Part shown: in pieces, positions 20,331 through 35,034 of the stretch
How the letters are laid out: each line of letters begins with the position of its first letter
Position numbering within the stretch: position 1 is the stretch's first letter
NCBI GenBank assembly: GCA_903813345.2
Contig: CAIIXF020000001.1
Location: forward strand, 19,344,001 to 19,408,000
Origin: Owenia fusiformis
Taxonomy: Eukaryota
Length of the DNA: 64,000 nucleotides
Direction of reading: 5' to 3'
The notes under the pieces: model-generated
The model's database searches: none
Seen by the model: the letters and a program-made list of their open reading frames with translations, nothing else
Told to the model about the DNA's origin: nothing
Program-made: the position numbers and the translations under genes

Positions 20331-23110
20331 TTCATGGAAATTGTCTCTGTCTCATGTATAAATGCCATACTGACAGATAGTATTCATTTATTCATATTTT
20401 TGTAACTAAGTAATTTACAAACTGTATTATAGCTAGGTGTAACATAATTTATTGAATTTGAAGAGTTAAATACAAGAGTTGCATTAGACTTTATACGAAC
20501 ATATGAATTACAATTACATAGAAATTATTCTTATCGACTGGACCATATTATTTATTTTATCTAGTGAATAAATTGTGAAAGCATTAAACTATGGGAAAAC
20601 TGTTTATATCTTGGAAACATAGGAGGTATTTAGTAAGAAAATGATTTGGAGTCTAAAGCTGAAGTCGCAAAGCACTATGAAGGGGATGATCTAGCTGTTA
20701 TTATTGGCTTAACTAAACTTCATCCTAATTTTTTTTTTTTGAATAATTGGCCTTTTTTTCATTTTCTGCACCCAATAAATAAATTCAATAAATTCTAGTG
20801 ACTTAATCCCAGGTGTCATTTTACAATGCTCACACTATATTTCTGATGCTTGCACCAAGTCCTACCTAAATCTTTCCAAAATATATATGAGCAATATCAT
20901 ATATGAAGACCATAAACTTAAGAAATATAATGCAAAATATAATAATCTTTGTCCCATCAGGTAAATTCGATTCCATGTGCCCAACAGACCCACATTATCA
21001 ATGCATGAGTGCATAAATGATCAGTTTTAAAGTTTTAATGAAATGTTACATTGAACATAATTTGAAATAGGAAACTGATGCATGTTCATTTTATGACTTG
21101 GATAAAAAACAGTATTGAGATTCAACTTCTTTTAGTCTTTTGAAATTGATAATGCAAAATTTGGTATATTCCAAAAAATTCCATCGTTTTGTATAATCCA
21201 AAAGTCCCACTGCTTAATTTAACTGAATCAACTACAATGAAATCCTACTTGATCGGGAATAAAAGATACAAACATAGAACCAAGCAGTTAGAAATCCATT
21301 TGTGATAAAACAGAGATATGAGATCTATTTGTAATAGTCTAGTCTATTCTTCAGATTATGAATAGGTAAACCGATTAACAATAACTAAAGTAAGACAATA
21401 CTCTGTATCCAGTTCCCTATCAGCTAAAAGGTGGCATGAAAATCAAGTTCTCCGTTGTCATAACATTTAATTAAACTAGTGATAACCAGATATTTGAGAT
21501 AATCTCCGTAAGTAAAGCTGCAGCAAATAGTCAATACAAAACACGTCACAGAGTAACAAAAGCCAGTCGTTCCAACTCAATACTTAATACACGCTAATCA
21601 GTTACAGTCACATGCTCAAGGATTTTAAAACACATCAATATGATGCCTACAGATAGAGAAGATACAGTAGTTGAGCAAGGATGTGTGAATGGAGAATGGT
21701 AAAGTAAACAGCCAGTAAAAAGGACTGTGGTTTTAACTTTCAGCAAGATGGAAGGCTGTATGGGACATATTATCTGGTTACTTTTCATGAATGTAACATT
21801 TTTATTCTTAGGTAAGAAAAAGATTTTTAACGTTTTAATATCTAAATGATTATGATCTAAACTATGCATTCTTGCTTCCTCAATTTAACGATGGTTTCAG
21901 TTTACACTTTATGTGTAATATTTTACTATTGGCAATTTGATGTCGAGATAAACTTGCTTTTGAATTTACATGTATATCATAAATATTTAGCTAATTTTTA
22001 GAGGAGCTATTTTTTTCATTTTAAATTATTATCATAGATCCACAGTTACACATTGCTAGGAGCCTATTAACTTCGCTTATTAACTTAGTTACAAATGGTG
22101 AAATATCTAAAAAAAATAATTGTATTACAAGTCAGATAATTTTGAAACTTTTTATCATCATGAATTGAAATAAAAAAGAAATTATTCAGTGAAATATTAA
22201 TCATTTTGAGATAGGACAGAGCTCTTTTGACAAATGGTTTCAATATTTTTATTTTATATTCAAGTTTTATAATCTATTTTTATAAACAATATACAAAATA
22301 ATTGAATTTACTTGTACAATTATTGATTGTATCTTAAAAAGAACATCCCAAAATAGATAATATTCGTAAATAGGCTGCACTAATATGAACATGACATTCA
22401 AGCATCCTAAAGTTGAGGTAGCCCAATCCCATCATCCTTTGGTATTATCTGTTTGTGTGGTATGTTATTGTCCTATAATGGCCCCTAGTATTTTGGGTGT
22501 GATTTTCCTTCTGTTGTGGATACAGAGTTCAATCAATATGACAGTCATTCATTTGTAAGAAGTAAACATATCTTAATTGAAGATTCATTGTAATAGGTAC
22601 TTATAATCTATAAAGAATGTATATTACTGAGAAAGGTAATCTTACTAATCGATGCAATGATGTCATAAATTATCAAGACGATCAAGTGCGGCTTATATTG
22701 TGCATTCTTGAAATGTGAACTTTTGTTTAATTTTATATACAGTGGGAATGATGCAAAGGATCAATAAGAAATGATCTTGATGTATTAGAAATCATAATCA
22801 GATTGTGCAATCAAAGCTGTGGAGTTCACAGATTTTGAATTGCTTAAAGACAGACGGTGTCAGTTAGGGGTCAGATGGTTTAGAAATCTTTGGTATGGTT
22901 CGGTTTTGAATTGCTCGTTTTGGTTATTTGGTTTTTTTTTTGGTTTTTTTTTATACAATAGGTTTATTTCATTGATATATTTGGTTCTTATCACACTTTA
23001 ATATTATGCTATGATCATAAGTCGATAAGAATGTAAAACCAATTCTTAATTATTATAGGATATTAACTTTATGTTCATTTTGATGACACAATACATAATT
23101 AGTATAAAAA

Positions 23111-23473
23111 CAAAGGAGCATGTAGGTTATCGCAAACAATTCAAAAGGTTATCTTGGATTATGACTATTTTCTGACAATGAAGACAAGTTTATCTTTTAG
23201 ATCAATTCATTATCTCAAAGAAAATTGTATACAGTAATAATAAAGTCAAACAAACTCGGAGATATTTAACTAGCAATTGACCCATCAACACACTTTTTCA
23301 AACATGTTGACCCCATATCACTTAGGTCTGATTAACTAAATTATCATTATATATACTTTTCTTGAAGATAATGAATGGATCTAAAAGATACACCCATGTT
23401 CATGATCAGAAAATATTCATAATTCAAGTTAGAATTGTTTGAAATTGTTTGCGATAACCTACGTGCGCCTTTG
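23111..23473. mobile_element. MITE with CAAAGG...CCTTTG ends
   Basis: TIRs caaaggagcatgtaggttatcgcaaacaatt / aattgtttgcgataacctacgtgcgcctttg. Confidence 0.75.
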
Positions 23474-23525
23474 TCAAGCTAGAGCCATTTTGATGAGAAA
23501 TTCTATGACTGATATTATATCTTAA

Positions 23526-24194
23526 TAGCCTAGTCACATAGCACGGCCGATGAGGTTACGATGATCCAGCGATGCAATTTTCACCGAACTCGGCCGAACA
23601 CCGGCTGGACACCGGCCGGACATCCGTGGCGTTTGTTGCTTAAAACCGCATCGGTGGTAGCTCGGTGAAATTTTAACTTCGGAGTTAAATTTCACCGGGC
23701 TCTCACCGAGCTCCCTCATCATGTCATCGCAGCCCCATCATAACCACATCGGAAAACACGTCGGCCGGTGCACGGCCGAGTATCGGCCGGTGTCCCGTGC
23801 ATCTGAGACAACCAGAGGACGAGGTTTTTTAACGTACAGCGGCCGAGCTCCGACCGAGCTCCGGCCGATGTGGGACAGAGCATTGGCCGGTCACTGTTCA
23901 AAGCCCGTTAACAACCCGGCCGGCGATCGCACGGTGTCCTGTTACCTGCTCGGGTACCGGCCGTATTACTTCCGATGTCCGGCCGACCTCCAGCCTGTAG
24001 TTGCTGCCACATCGGCAGAAAAAAACTACCATTTTGAGACAGACTCCGTACGGTCACCGGCCGGTGTTCGGTCGGTTGCCTGAAGATGTTCACGTCACCG
24101 AGCTCTGCTTCCGATGAGGAGAGCTCGGTGGCACCAAAAAAATCCACCGAGCTCTACCGATGCCGGACATCGGCCGGGCTATGTGAATAGGCCA
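23526..24194. mobile_element. PIF/Harbinger-like MITE
   Basis: 27-bp TIRs tagcctagtcacatagcacggccgatg / catcggccgggctatgtgaataggcca. TAA TSD at 23523-23525 and 24195-24197. GC-rich interior with repeated ccgagctc/cggccg motifs. Confidence 0.88.
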
Positions 24195-24479
24195 TAATGC
24201 TTTGTCAATTCAATATAATTAGTTATAGCGTCAAGGCTTGGCTAGTTAGAAAGCGTTCAATGTAAAGGCCTCTAACTAAATACTTCATCTGAATATGAGC
24301 CACTGCAACTGCATGAGTAAATAGAGGTCTTGTGCACCTTGCCCTTAAGCTGTTTTTTGTTGTTAGTTTTGTAAGAGTCCATGGTGTTTATTGATTTTGT
24401 GATGTCTCATCTCCGGTGGATTGATAGTCTGATAAGTTATTAACTAAACATTTCAAAGCAGCATGATGGGCAACACAAT

Positions 24480-25240
24480 CATCATCATATTACTTTACAC
24501 ATATATTGTAAAGATCATCATATTACATGTTTATTGTAAAGATCATCAAATTAAATGTTTATTATAATGATAATCATATTGCATATACTTAAGTATATTG
24601 TGAATATCATCCATATTCCAGGTATACTGTAAAGATCATCATATTGCATGTATATTGTAAAGATCGTCATATTGCATGTATATTGTAAAGATCATCATAT
24701 TACATGTTTTTTGTAAAGATCATCATATTAAATGTTTATTATAATGATAATCATATTGCATATACTTAAGTATATTGTGAATATCATCCATATTCCAGGT
24801 ATACTGTAAAGATCATCATATTGCATGTAAAATGTAAAGATCGTCATATTGCATGTATATTGTAAAGATCATCATATTACATGTTTATTGTAAAGATCAT
24901 CATATTAAATGTTTATTATAATGATAATCATATTGCATATACTTAAGTATATTGTGAATATCATCCATATTCCAGGTATACTGTAAAGATCATCATATTG
25001 CATGTATATTGTAAAGATCGTCATATTGCATGTATTGTAAAGATCGTCATATTGCATGTATATTGTAAAGATCATCATATTGCATGTATATTGTAAAGAT
25101 CATCATATAAGATGTATTTTCAAGATCGCCATTTGTCATAATCATCATATTGCATGTCAGTATGTATTATTAATATCTTAAAATTGTATATTGTCAAGAT
25201 CATCATTTGACATGTACAATACTGTAAGATCGTCAGATTA
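24480..25240. repeat. AT-rich minisatellite, ~28-bp unit with a ~188-bp higher-order repeat
   Basis: Unit catattgcatgtatattgtaaagatcat. Block ...gtgaatatcatccatattccaggtatactg... recurs at ~24600, ~24777 and ~24954. Confidence 0.9.
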
Positions 25241-25265
25241 CATGTTTTGTCAAAAGTATCATATA

Positions 25266-25875
25266 CAGGGTCAAATAAGTCCCGTCCCCCCCTGCTACAG
25301 CTAAAACCTTAACAGACAGTACCTAGTGTGATATACCATTGGAAAGATCATCCAAAGTTATGTTAACTCACCAACTCTCAAGTATTTTGGATGAAATTTA
25401 CCTATATTTTTATGATGTCTTTTATAGTTAACGTGCCCTCCTTTAAGTAGCCTTTTTGCGTCAAAATGACAAGGATATGACCTCAGAAATACGTCAAAAA
25501 GTCAATATTTTTCGCATTCCACTTGTTACAAAAAGGTTTTCACCACTTTCCTTGCACCTCTATTTTCTACACATCTAACCCTATCCAGAAATTGGTTAAA
25601 TTCATCGCCATAAACATTATTAGTCATCTTTTGGTCCCTTGACCTTTCTTATACCCGATTCTTAAAATCCTGACAAATACGCCAAATTGCCATGTTTCTA
25701 GGCATATGGTCACCTCAATTGATACACTGTAAAAAATTGTGAGATTGAGTGACATGTGTCCGATATATGCCAATCAACGTAACTTTGGAAGACCTTTCCA
25801 ATGATATATCACACTTGGTACCAAATATCTTGGTTTTGGCTGTAGAGGGGGGGACGGGACTTATTTGACACCCTG
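25266..25875. mobile_element. Tc1/mariner-like MITE
   Basis: TA|CAGGGTcaaataagtcccgtcccccc ... ggggggacgggacttatttgacACCCTG|TA. Inverted similarity extends ~90 bp inward (gtgatataccattggaaag / ctttccaatgatatatcac). Confidence 0.88.
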
Positions 25876-26534
25876 TATATGAATCATATGTGAATTTTAT
25901 ATCATCTCAATTGTCATTTCTCAAGTATTGTCACAATTGTCATATTATATGGTGTTAAAACTGTATCAAAATTGGACATCTTATATTTATGTGATATCTG
26001 TAACACATAGAATAGCGTTTAGCAGAATACATACACAATCCGTGTGATTTCATACACAGTTTGTTCGAGTTTGCACACTTTATGTTTGTAAAATCACACA
26101 TGTACATGCGTATTTGTGTATGCATTGTTTAAAAATGACATCGAACAGGATACACAAGTCGAACAAATGCTTATGCGGCTCGCACAAACGTTTTTCCCTT
26201 TACAAACCATGATGTGCCGATCACACACCTTGATGTACCGACTTGTTTGTGACAGCCTTTGCAAGCGAGAACCATCCTATGCGAGTTTGAACTCAATGCG
26301 TGTGTAAAATTGACACGTTCGTTCGAAATTTACTTTGATCCATGTGTAATTCTTTCAGTATTCTATGCAACTTATAACACAATCCGTGTGACATTTCAAC
26401 ATTGCTTTTGGATTTTTGGAAAGTGATTGGAGTTAGTGCTAACTCTTTGTGTGACACTTGATACAACCAGTGCGTGTGTGAATGAAAATAAGTTATGTAA
26501 GAAAATTAACTGTTGGTATAACATGGATTGAAAA

Positions 26535-26635
26535 TGGCATACGATGATGCGAGTTTCGCATATAATGATGCGTATTTCGCATAGTATGATGCGAGTTCCG
26601 AATCATATGGTTCGAGTATCGCATCATATAGTTCG
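26535..26635. repeat. Short degenerate 21-bp tandem repeat
   Basis: gcata..atgatgcgagtttc-type unit, about 4-5 copies. Confidence 0.6.
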
Positions 26636-26918
26636 ATTTTTCCCATACATCATGTAATGTCCAATTTTGATACAAAATAAATTCCATAATATTAGGGTAG
26701 TCAAACATTTTGAGGGGAGTGTATATGTACTTGCATGTGCAACTTTGACAAACATACCTTGGAGGATTTTTTATTAGATTTGTTGTGGCACGCTTAACAG
26801 GACAATCAATGATGGTGTAAGTTAGTCTAAACACAAATTTCCAATACTGTATGTACTGTACATGGGACATCAACGACAGAGTTGTTCATGCAATGTCTTG
26901 CCTTCAAGATATCAATTG

Positions 26919-27709
26919 TTTTTAGCTCACATGGTGTGCTCTTGCAATCACTCACTTGTCCATCTGTCTGTCCGTCCATGCTTCCATCCGTCAACAATAG
27001 TGGCACGTTTTAAAACCTCTGTCGATAGGATTCCTGTTTTAAGTTATTTCTGTTCAACATCAATACAGATTATTGTTCAACAATACAGATTCAAAAGCTC
27101 GCCTATTTCTCAAAATGGCCACCATTTTTATCTCGCGAAATTCATGAGCCATTTCCTAGCTTTACAAATAATTTCAGGTGTCCTGCATTGTAAAAATCCA
27201 TGTCAATGTAGAGAGTAATAAAATAATATGAAATAATTTTGTTCCAAAAAATCAACAAAAAATTATATCCATTTTTTTTATTTTCAGCCATTTTAGTTAA
27301 CATTGATTTGTCCATCTGACTCGCGAAATCCACTTTTTGACCATTTGCCTTAAAACCTCTGTTGATAGGATTCCCGTTTTAAGTTATTTTTGTTTAACAT
27401 CAATACAAAAAACTCCCCTATGACTCCTGGTTCAAAAGCTCACCTATTTTCAAAATGGTCGCCATTCTTGTCTCGCGAAATTCACTTTTGGCCCATTTCC
27501 TAGCTTTACAAAAAATTTCAGGTGTCCTGCATTGTAAAAAGCCGTGTCACTGAAAAGAGTATTTGTATGAAATAATTTTGTTACAAAAAATTGGCAAAAA
27601 ATTATATCCCTTTAAATTATATCCGTTTTTTTTTTATTTTCTGTCATTTTAGCCATCATTCACTTTTGAGCAACACCATGTGAGCCCAGTACCCATGGTA
27701 CTATTTTTT
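26919..27709 (+). mobile_element. Helentron-associated non-autonomous element (HINE/DINE-1-like), family 1
   Basis: 5' tttttagctcacatggtgt, GTCY microsatellite (gtctgtccgtcc), internally duplicated core, 3' inverted subterminal acaccatgtgagc followed by hairpin agtacccatggtact and a T-run. Confidence 0.8.
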
Positions 27710-28588
27710 GTTTTTATTGTTTTATTTTTTTGTCCATCAGTTCTTGTCATTTACAATTAAATTTATCATTCTAAACGTATTCAAGATATTATAAGATTTT
27801 AAATAAGAGAACTTTAGGATATTGGTGCACTGTGCAGTGGCAAACTTTGCTACCAAGATCTGTCATTAATTGCATATTTATTCAATTGAAAAAGAGGATT
27901 ATGTGCAAATTCACATGGGAACAGATTGAATAACAATAATCTCGCAATGCTGATATGAACTCATTTAATATTATCTTCCACCTCAGGGTAAGCGGAACTT
28001 CATAGGTGTTTACATTGTTCAACGCTGTGATCCTTCTGGAATAATACGTTGGGTAAAAAAGATATGCTTCCTATCGTACCCTTAGGCATCATCTTTCTGA
28101 TTTCTTTCTCAGAAAATTGTTAGAGAAATCAGTGTTCTTGCATTAGAATGCCGAATTAGATACTTAATTCATCATAATGCAGTCATTTTGACTTTCTCGC
28201 ATTATCACATTCATTGTTGTATTGATCTATATATTTTGTTTTTCTTAGAGGCTTTACACTTTGGTAAATGATGTTTATACTGGAGACTATTGATCGATCA
28301 CTTTGGTTGGTAATGTTCTTCTGGTGTAAAATATGCACAATTTGCAAAAGTTGATGGTATAATCTCATTGTTTAGATCACGTAGAATAGTTGTGTTTAAT
28401 AGTATTATTCATTAGAGGTAATTTTCAACCATAATTTATTAATCAATACTCTTACCCATTGTTTGATTTGGTTTATTAAAAGAGAGCTTCATCTACATTG
28501 TAGAATGACAATCAGTGTATTTATTCAACAATTAAAATTACAGATATATTTTTACAATTCCTATTTTAAAATTACATAGTTAAATCAC

Positions 28589-28760
28589 CAAAGGATTGGT
28601 ATCGATATGGTGAACTTTTTGAACACTCGTTTCTCTTAAACCAGTCATCAAAGAATTCTAGAAATGTACACTCATCGTCAATTTAATGGTCATCTTTTGA
28701 ATGGTAACAATATAATTTGAAATTTTTTTATATCATTTTCTCTATATTTGCTTTAGAAAA
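28589..28760. mobile_element. Partial copy of the MITE family at 42296-42530
   Basis: aaaggattggtatcgatatggtgaact...tttctcttaaac.agtcatcaaa matches that element's terminus. Confidence 0.65.
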
Positions 28761-29714
28761 CACATCAGACACTTTTTTGTTCTTGGTATCATATGTTCAG
28801 AATGAAATGAAACATCTAACCAAACCTCATTGGAAGAAAATGGCATAAACACAACGTGTTTGAATCTCTCAATATTGTAATTGTGCAAACTCATACTCAT
28901 GACTCATACGGGGTGTTCAAAAAATGTAAATATTGTGTTCTGAAATTTAGGAATTTAGATTTTCTTACATTTTCCTTTTAAAATTATACAATCAGATGAC
29001 ACTTGATCAACGTGCCACGCGTACACTTCAGAGATAAATGACAATATCTAATAAAAAACAATCTTTACTTTTGATAAATTAAAATTCAATAAAACAAATG
29101 AAGTATTTCCTGGTAGTTGTAATTTTTAAAGGAAACCCAATAGAAACTCTCATAAAACTATGTGATATAATACGTTATGACATGACAAAATGTCATATGA
29201 AGCAATAATAACTTCCTTTCTTTCGTATCAACAAGGATATGAAGCCACGCGCCTCTGTAACCTTTAATAATAATGAGACAATTATCTCAAGATATAGATC
29301 CTTATACTACACGGCCTGGTCCATTTTTCACCAATAATCAAATCGACCATTACAGATTAAAATGATAACAGCACAAAGACATGGTTTCATCTTCCATTTA
29401 AGACTGTTACATGGTTACAAGTCAGTTTACATACAGTTGAACATTGAAATAATTTTTTAAGAGGTTAGTAAGAAAATGGTTTTCAATAGGTCAGTGAAAA
29501 TGATTTTTAATTAAAAATGGGATAAAAAGGTTTTCAAAGGGAGAAATAGATCCGTATTCTGCCTGGTCTGATCCAATATTTCATCAATACACAGTATATA
29601 CAAATTGATCATTACTTTCTGTGCACATTGAAACGTTAATGGCAAAAAGGCATGGTTTCATCATGCATTTAGTTGATGACTGTACTTGTCAATTCACTAA
29701 TGAGGACATCGAAA

Positions 29715-30485
29715 TTAATTTTCAATAGGTCATTGGAAAAATGAAATTCAATAGGTTGGTGGAAAAATGATTTTCAATAGGTCAGTGGACTGGAAATATT
29801 AATTTTCAATAGATCAGTGGTATAAATGAATTTCAATAGGTCAGTGGGAAAATAAATTTTTAATAGGTCAGTGGATAAAATTATTTTCAGTAGGTCAGTT
29901 GAATTTTTAGTATGTCAGTTGGACAAATGATTTTCATAAAGCCAGTGGATAAAATGATTTTCAGTAGGTCAGTTGAATTTTGACTAGGTCAGTGGAATTT
30001 TCAATAAGTCAGTGGGACAAACGATTTTATACTAAAATGTATTCTCTTATATAAATGAGGCAATAAATATACAATACAATAAAGCCAGTGGATAAAATGA
30101 TTTTCAGTAAGTCAGTGGAACTTTCAATGGGTCAGTGGAACAAATGATTTTCAAAAAGCCACAAGTGTATAAAATGATTTTCAGTAGGTCAGTAGAATTT
30201 TCAATAGGTCAGTGGAACAAATGATTTTCATATAGACAGTGGAACAAATGGTTTTCAGTAGGTCAGTGGAATTTTCACTAGGTCAGTGTAACAAATGATT
30301 TTCAAAAAGCCACTAGTGGATAAAATGATTTTCAGTAGGTCAGTAGAATTTTCAATAGGTCAGTGGAACAAATGGTTTTCAGTAGGTAAGTGGAATTTTC
30401 AATAGGTCAGTGGAACAAATGGTTTTCAGTAGGTAAGTGGAATTTTCAATAGGTCAGTGGAACAAATGATTTCCAATAGTTCAGT
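29715..30485. repeat. Composite minisatellite (alternating ~21/29-bp units)
   Basis: ttttcaataggtcagtggaa(caaatga) repeated more than 20 times with variants. Confidence 0.9.
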
Positions 30486-31623
30486 ATAAAAATTAAAATA
30501 AAAAATCAAATAAGAATAAAGACTTTCGAGGGGAAACATCATTAAAGATTTCACTCAATATAAAGATCTTTATCCTGCATTATGTGATCTTATGTGATAT
30601 TTTTTTCATCAATATACAAAACAATCATTACTATCTGTATAAGACAAGGCATTGCAATTAGTCAAGGTATTCAATAAGTAGCAAGTCCTATCTCTCTTAC
30701 ACAAGGATTTTGTGATAGTTAATTGTAGGGGGGGGGGGGGTACACAGGATGAATTCACTCAGTTGACATTGAAGATGTAAAAATGATCTTCAACAAGGTC
30801 AATAATACAATAATTTTCAAATAGGAAGCAGAATTAAAAAAGGATTTCCAATGGGAGCACTCTAATCATTGCAAGATGAACTTGAATACAAATATAATGC
30901 ATGTTATTTGGAAATATTCCTCCAAGCCCATTAATAAAAGCTAATAACGAAGCCCTGCATGATATAATAATACAAATGGAAGTTTTCCTGGGTATTGATG
31001 TAAGCCTATAGTGGATTAAAGCCCTATATGTCCATATAGGATATGGGAAATCTTAATCATGCAATAGTGACGTGGAATTTAACAATAGGAATGATCATCT
31101 TCAGACATCCATTAGTAGATTAGGATCTTCCCATTATTAGAGTTGTTAATTGTGTCACTATTAGAGTACTATGGAGTATACTATTCTATTCAAATACATT
31201 GATTTTTGTTCACATTGTTACACTTTCTTTCCCTGGTGTGAGGATGCCAGTATGAATAACTCTCCTTTGGCTTTTAACAATGCTATAAAATCGAATGTGT
31301 TCATAAAAATTAAAATTTATTGGTTGAAATAATGTAATTCTCCTTGATCTAAAATACACTGTAGTGTATTTTAACTGTAGAGTGCTAGACGATCTAAAAA
31401 TAATCTAAACTGTTGCTGCTATGCTTGCTGGTGTAGAATTGAAATATTTGAAAATCAACAACTTTTTTAAAAAGTGTCTCAAACAAATTTTTAAGTCAAC
31501 ACAAATAATATTTGTATCATTAAATGATATTTCAAGATTTGCATGGGGCCTACAAAAAGTGAAATCAAACTGGAACAGTTTCTAAGACTGAAGGGTAAAC
31601 CTATGTAAAGGGGGGTATGCCAA

Positions 31624-33277
31624 TTATTATCCCATAGAACAAAGTTCGGAGGGATATAGGGAACGCCTCCGTCCGTCCGTCCGTCCGTCCGTCCGTCCGT
31701 CCGTCCGTCTGTACGTACGTCCGTACGTACGTCCGTCCGTCTGTCCGTCCGTCCGGGCAATAACTCAAATACCGTTGGCCCAATTTTGTTCATATTTTGT
31801 ACACATATACCCTATGGGGGTAGAAGTTCTGCTCGAAAGCCGTTTTTCAAAATGGCCGCTCATTTTAAAATGGCGGCCATTTTAGTGCCGATTTTACAGT
31901 AATTTAGGTACAATATGTAAAACTGTAATAGCAATATGTTTTAAGTGTAAAAAAATTATAAAGGACTTTAATAAAGCTACAAATGTAGATATTAAAATAG
32001 CACATGGCAGCCATCTTGAAAAATGGCAGCCTTTACTCGTTATTTTACGATTTTTGCTGTAACTCGAAAAGTAGTGGAGCGATTTTGTTCATATTTGGTA
32101 TGTGAATACTGTAAGCATGGCACACTGCCCTATGACACTTTTGGTAGAAGGTGGCAATTTTGAAAAATGGCCGCCATTTTAACGTATTTTACTATAACTC
32201 GAAAAGTAGGGAAGCAATTTTGTTCATATTTGGTATGTGAATACTATAAGCATGGCACACTGTCCTATGACACTTTTGGTAGAAGGCGGCCATTTTGAAA
32301 AAATTTTGAAAAATGGCCGCCATTTTAACGTGTTTTACAATAACTCGAAAAGTAGTGAAGCAATTTTGTTCATATTTGGTATGTGAATACTATAAGCATG
32401 TCACATTGTCTAATGACACTTTTGGTAGAAGGTGGCCATTTTGAAAAATGGCTGCCATTTTAACCTATTTTACTATAACTCGAAAAGTAGTTCAGCGATT
32501 TTGTTCATATTTGGTATGTTTCATATTTTACATGTGAATACTATAAGCATGGCACATTGTCTAATGACACTTTTGGTAGAAGGTGGCCATTTTGAAAAAT
32601 GGCTGCCATTTTAACCTATTTTACTATAACTCGAAAAGTAGTTCAGCGATTTTGTTCATATTTGGTATGTTTCATATTATATGTGAATACTATAAGCATG
32701 GCACATTGTCTAATGACACTTTTGGTAGAAGGTGGCCATTTTGAAAAATGGCTGCCATTTTAACCTATTTTACTATAACTCGAAAAGTAGTTCAGCGATT
32801 TTGTTCATATTTGGTATGTTTCATATTTTATATGTGAATACTATAAGCATGGCACACTGTCTAATGACACTTTGGGTAGTAGGCGGCCATTTTGAAAAAT
32901 GACCACCATTTTTACGTTTTTACTATAACTTGAAAAGTAGTGAAGCGATTTTGTTCATATTTGATATGTGAATACTCACAAGCCTTGCACACTGTCTCAT
33001 GACACTTCGGATAGTAGTCGGCCATTTTAAAAAATTGCTGTCATTTTTACATTTTTTACTTATTTCACAAGTACATGTGTGCGATTTTTCAAAAATTTTA
33101 TAGGTGGCTATAAAAGCATATTATTTCTTCTGATGACAACTTGGCTAACCATTTTGAAAATGGTGGCCTTTCTGGTGTGTTGTTTTATGATATTTGCTAT
33201 ATATTTCGTTTGTAAAAATGCCAGCCATTTCTGTTCGATGGGATTCGCTACGCTTTGGCGTTGCCGTTGTTCTGGTT
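31624..33277 (+). mobile_element. HINE/DINE-1-like element, family 2, carrying a tandem satellite-like core
   Basis: 5' ttattatcccatagaaca, long (GTCC)n at 31668-31754, ~8 tandem ~125-140 bp core repeats (taactcgaaaagtag...ttttgttcatatttggtatgt), 3' inverted subterminal tgttcgatgggat and hairpin gctacgctttggcgttgc. Confidence 0.85.
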
Positions 33278-33462
33278 GTATTATTATACATATAGATAAT
33301 GTTACAGCTTGACCTCCATAGAGATCATTTCATTACTTTGTATTTCATTACTAAATATAAAACCAGGTACTCCATTACTGATTACTCAAAAAATGTACCA
33401 AAACAGAAAATGTATTTATACTCACAGTAATGGATTTCAGAAAAATGAGATTCAAGATTAAC

Positions 33463-33857
33463 AAAGGACGATTCTCGGTTTGGAGAACGAAGTTCATCAA
33501 TCTAAATGAGCATTATCCCTGCTTCGGACAAATTTGATTTTTTTTACATAATATAGATTTGAATGTCCTCTTTTGAATAGTCATAATTTAATTTGGGTAA
33601 TATTTCTAGATTTTTCGCAAAAAGATATTAGCGCAGTACACTGATAAACATCTTTCCCCAAATCGAGACTTGTATTTTATTGAATCGGTCTAATTGAGCG
33701 TTATCCCTGCTTCATACCGATTTGTTATTTTTACATCTTGTAGATTTAAATCTCCCATTTTGAATATTCATAGTTTAATTTGGGTAATATTTCTAATTTT
33801 TTCATGAAAAAAATTATTAGCACAGGAGACTGTTCTCCAAACCGAGAATCGTCCTTT
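33463..33857. mobile_element. MITE with AAAGG...CCTTT ends
   Basis: 26-bp perfect TIRs aaaggacgattctcggtttggagaac / gttctccaaaccgagaatcgtccttt. Internal ~188-bp direct duplication. Confidence 0.85.
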
Positions 33858-34274
33858 CAGGGAAATGTATTGGAAATAATATGGACTAACTAAAAATGAT
33901 TTAAATGTTTAAACATCCTTCCATCATGGGGCTTTCGAGATCCAGAAAATCTTTTTTTCTGGAATGTGTTCTGTAGCTCTGGAAGGTGTATTCAACTGAA
34001 CGTTAAGCATGTTCTTTACAAATTGAAAATTGAAACTGAGAACTTGAACACAATCCAGGAAGAACTAACGAGCAATTTGTGACTTTAATATGTAATTTGG
34101 TAATTTGTCTTGTGTTTCTAACAATGAATTCAATTAGGGAAGTGATGTCAAATATTGAATAATTAATAGGCACATTCACCGATCAAAGTGGCTATCAATT
34201 TAATATTTTGTATTCAAACATGGCCGTGCTCTATTTAAATGCAGCATAGCCAAAAATGAACTTTCATTATTTCT

Positions 34275-34460
34275 CCATACACTTCATACACATTCAGTCA
34301 TGACTTCATACACATCCAGTCATGACTCCATACATAGTCAATCATGACTTCATACACATCCAGTCATGACTCCCTACATAGTCAGTCATGACTTCATACA
34401 CTTTCAGTCTTGATTCTTTAAACAGCCACTCATGACTCCATAAATAGTCAGTCATGACTT
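34275..34460. repeat. 22-bp minisatellite
   Basis: cagtcatgacttcatacacat(c/t) about 8 copies. Confidence 0.85.
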
Positions 34461-35034
34461 CAGTGATGACTTCATAGAAGGTCAGACACAAAATAAGAAA
34501 AAAAACCTTCATAAGAAAAATGAGAAATTCAATTCAATTTAGAAAGACATATCGATATTGTATTCAGGTGTTGGGTAAGATAATTAATAAACCAACATCC
34601 TTCAATTATTTATTTCCCAATGCTCAATATTTATAAACCATAAGGTAAATTATGGTTTCGGAGCAGACACTGTGTTGCTATAGCAACCAACACTTTATCA
34701 CACATCTACTTAAGTTTGTGAATCACAGAGGTACTAGAGTCAAATAAACACTAAACCGACCCCAATAAAATCAATTGAACCAACTTAGTCTGTGTTGATA
34801 GTGCTATGAATTCATTTACCTGGTTAGCTATGAGAAAATCTTAATTGTAGATTATCTGAAATATCATGACATTGATTGAATCTTCATGTAAATCATTTTT
34901 AAATATCATAACATTGATTGAATCTTATCTTGCTTATCTTCTTAAATATTATAACCTTGAATCTCAATTATTGATGATTATCTTTATCTTATCTAATTTC
35001 AGAATTGACAATTGTATTGTGTGCCCCATATGCC

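Noticed and set aside
23534-24147. Overlapping GC-rich ORFs (possible HGT or transposase)
   Set aside because: They lie wholly within a 669-bp TIR/TAA-bounded MITE and have no DDE or other recognisable motif.
26006-26368. Possible MITE with CATAGAATA ends
   Set aside because: Inverted match is only ~9 bp and no TSD was found.
31491-31793. GRTD-repeat ORFs
   Set aside because: Translation of the (GTCC)n microsatellite of a HINE-like element.
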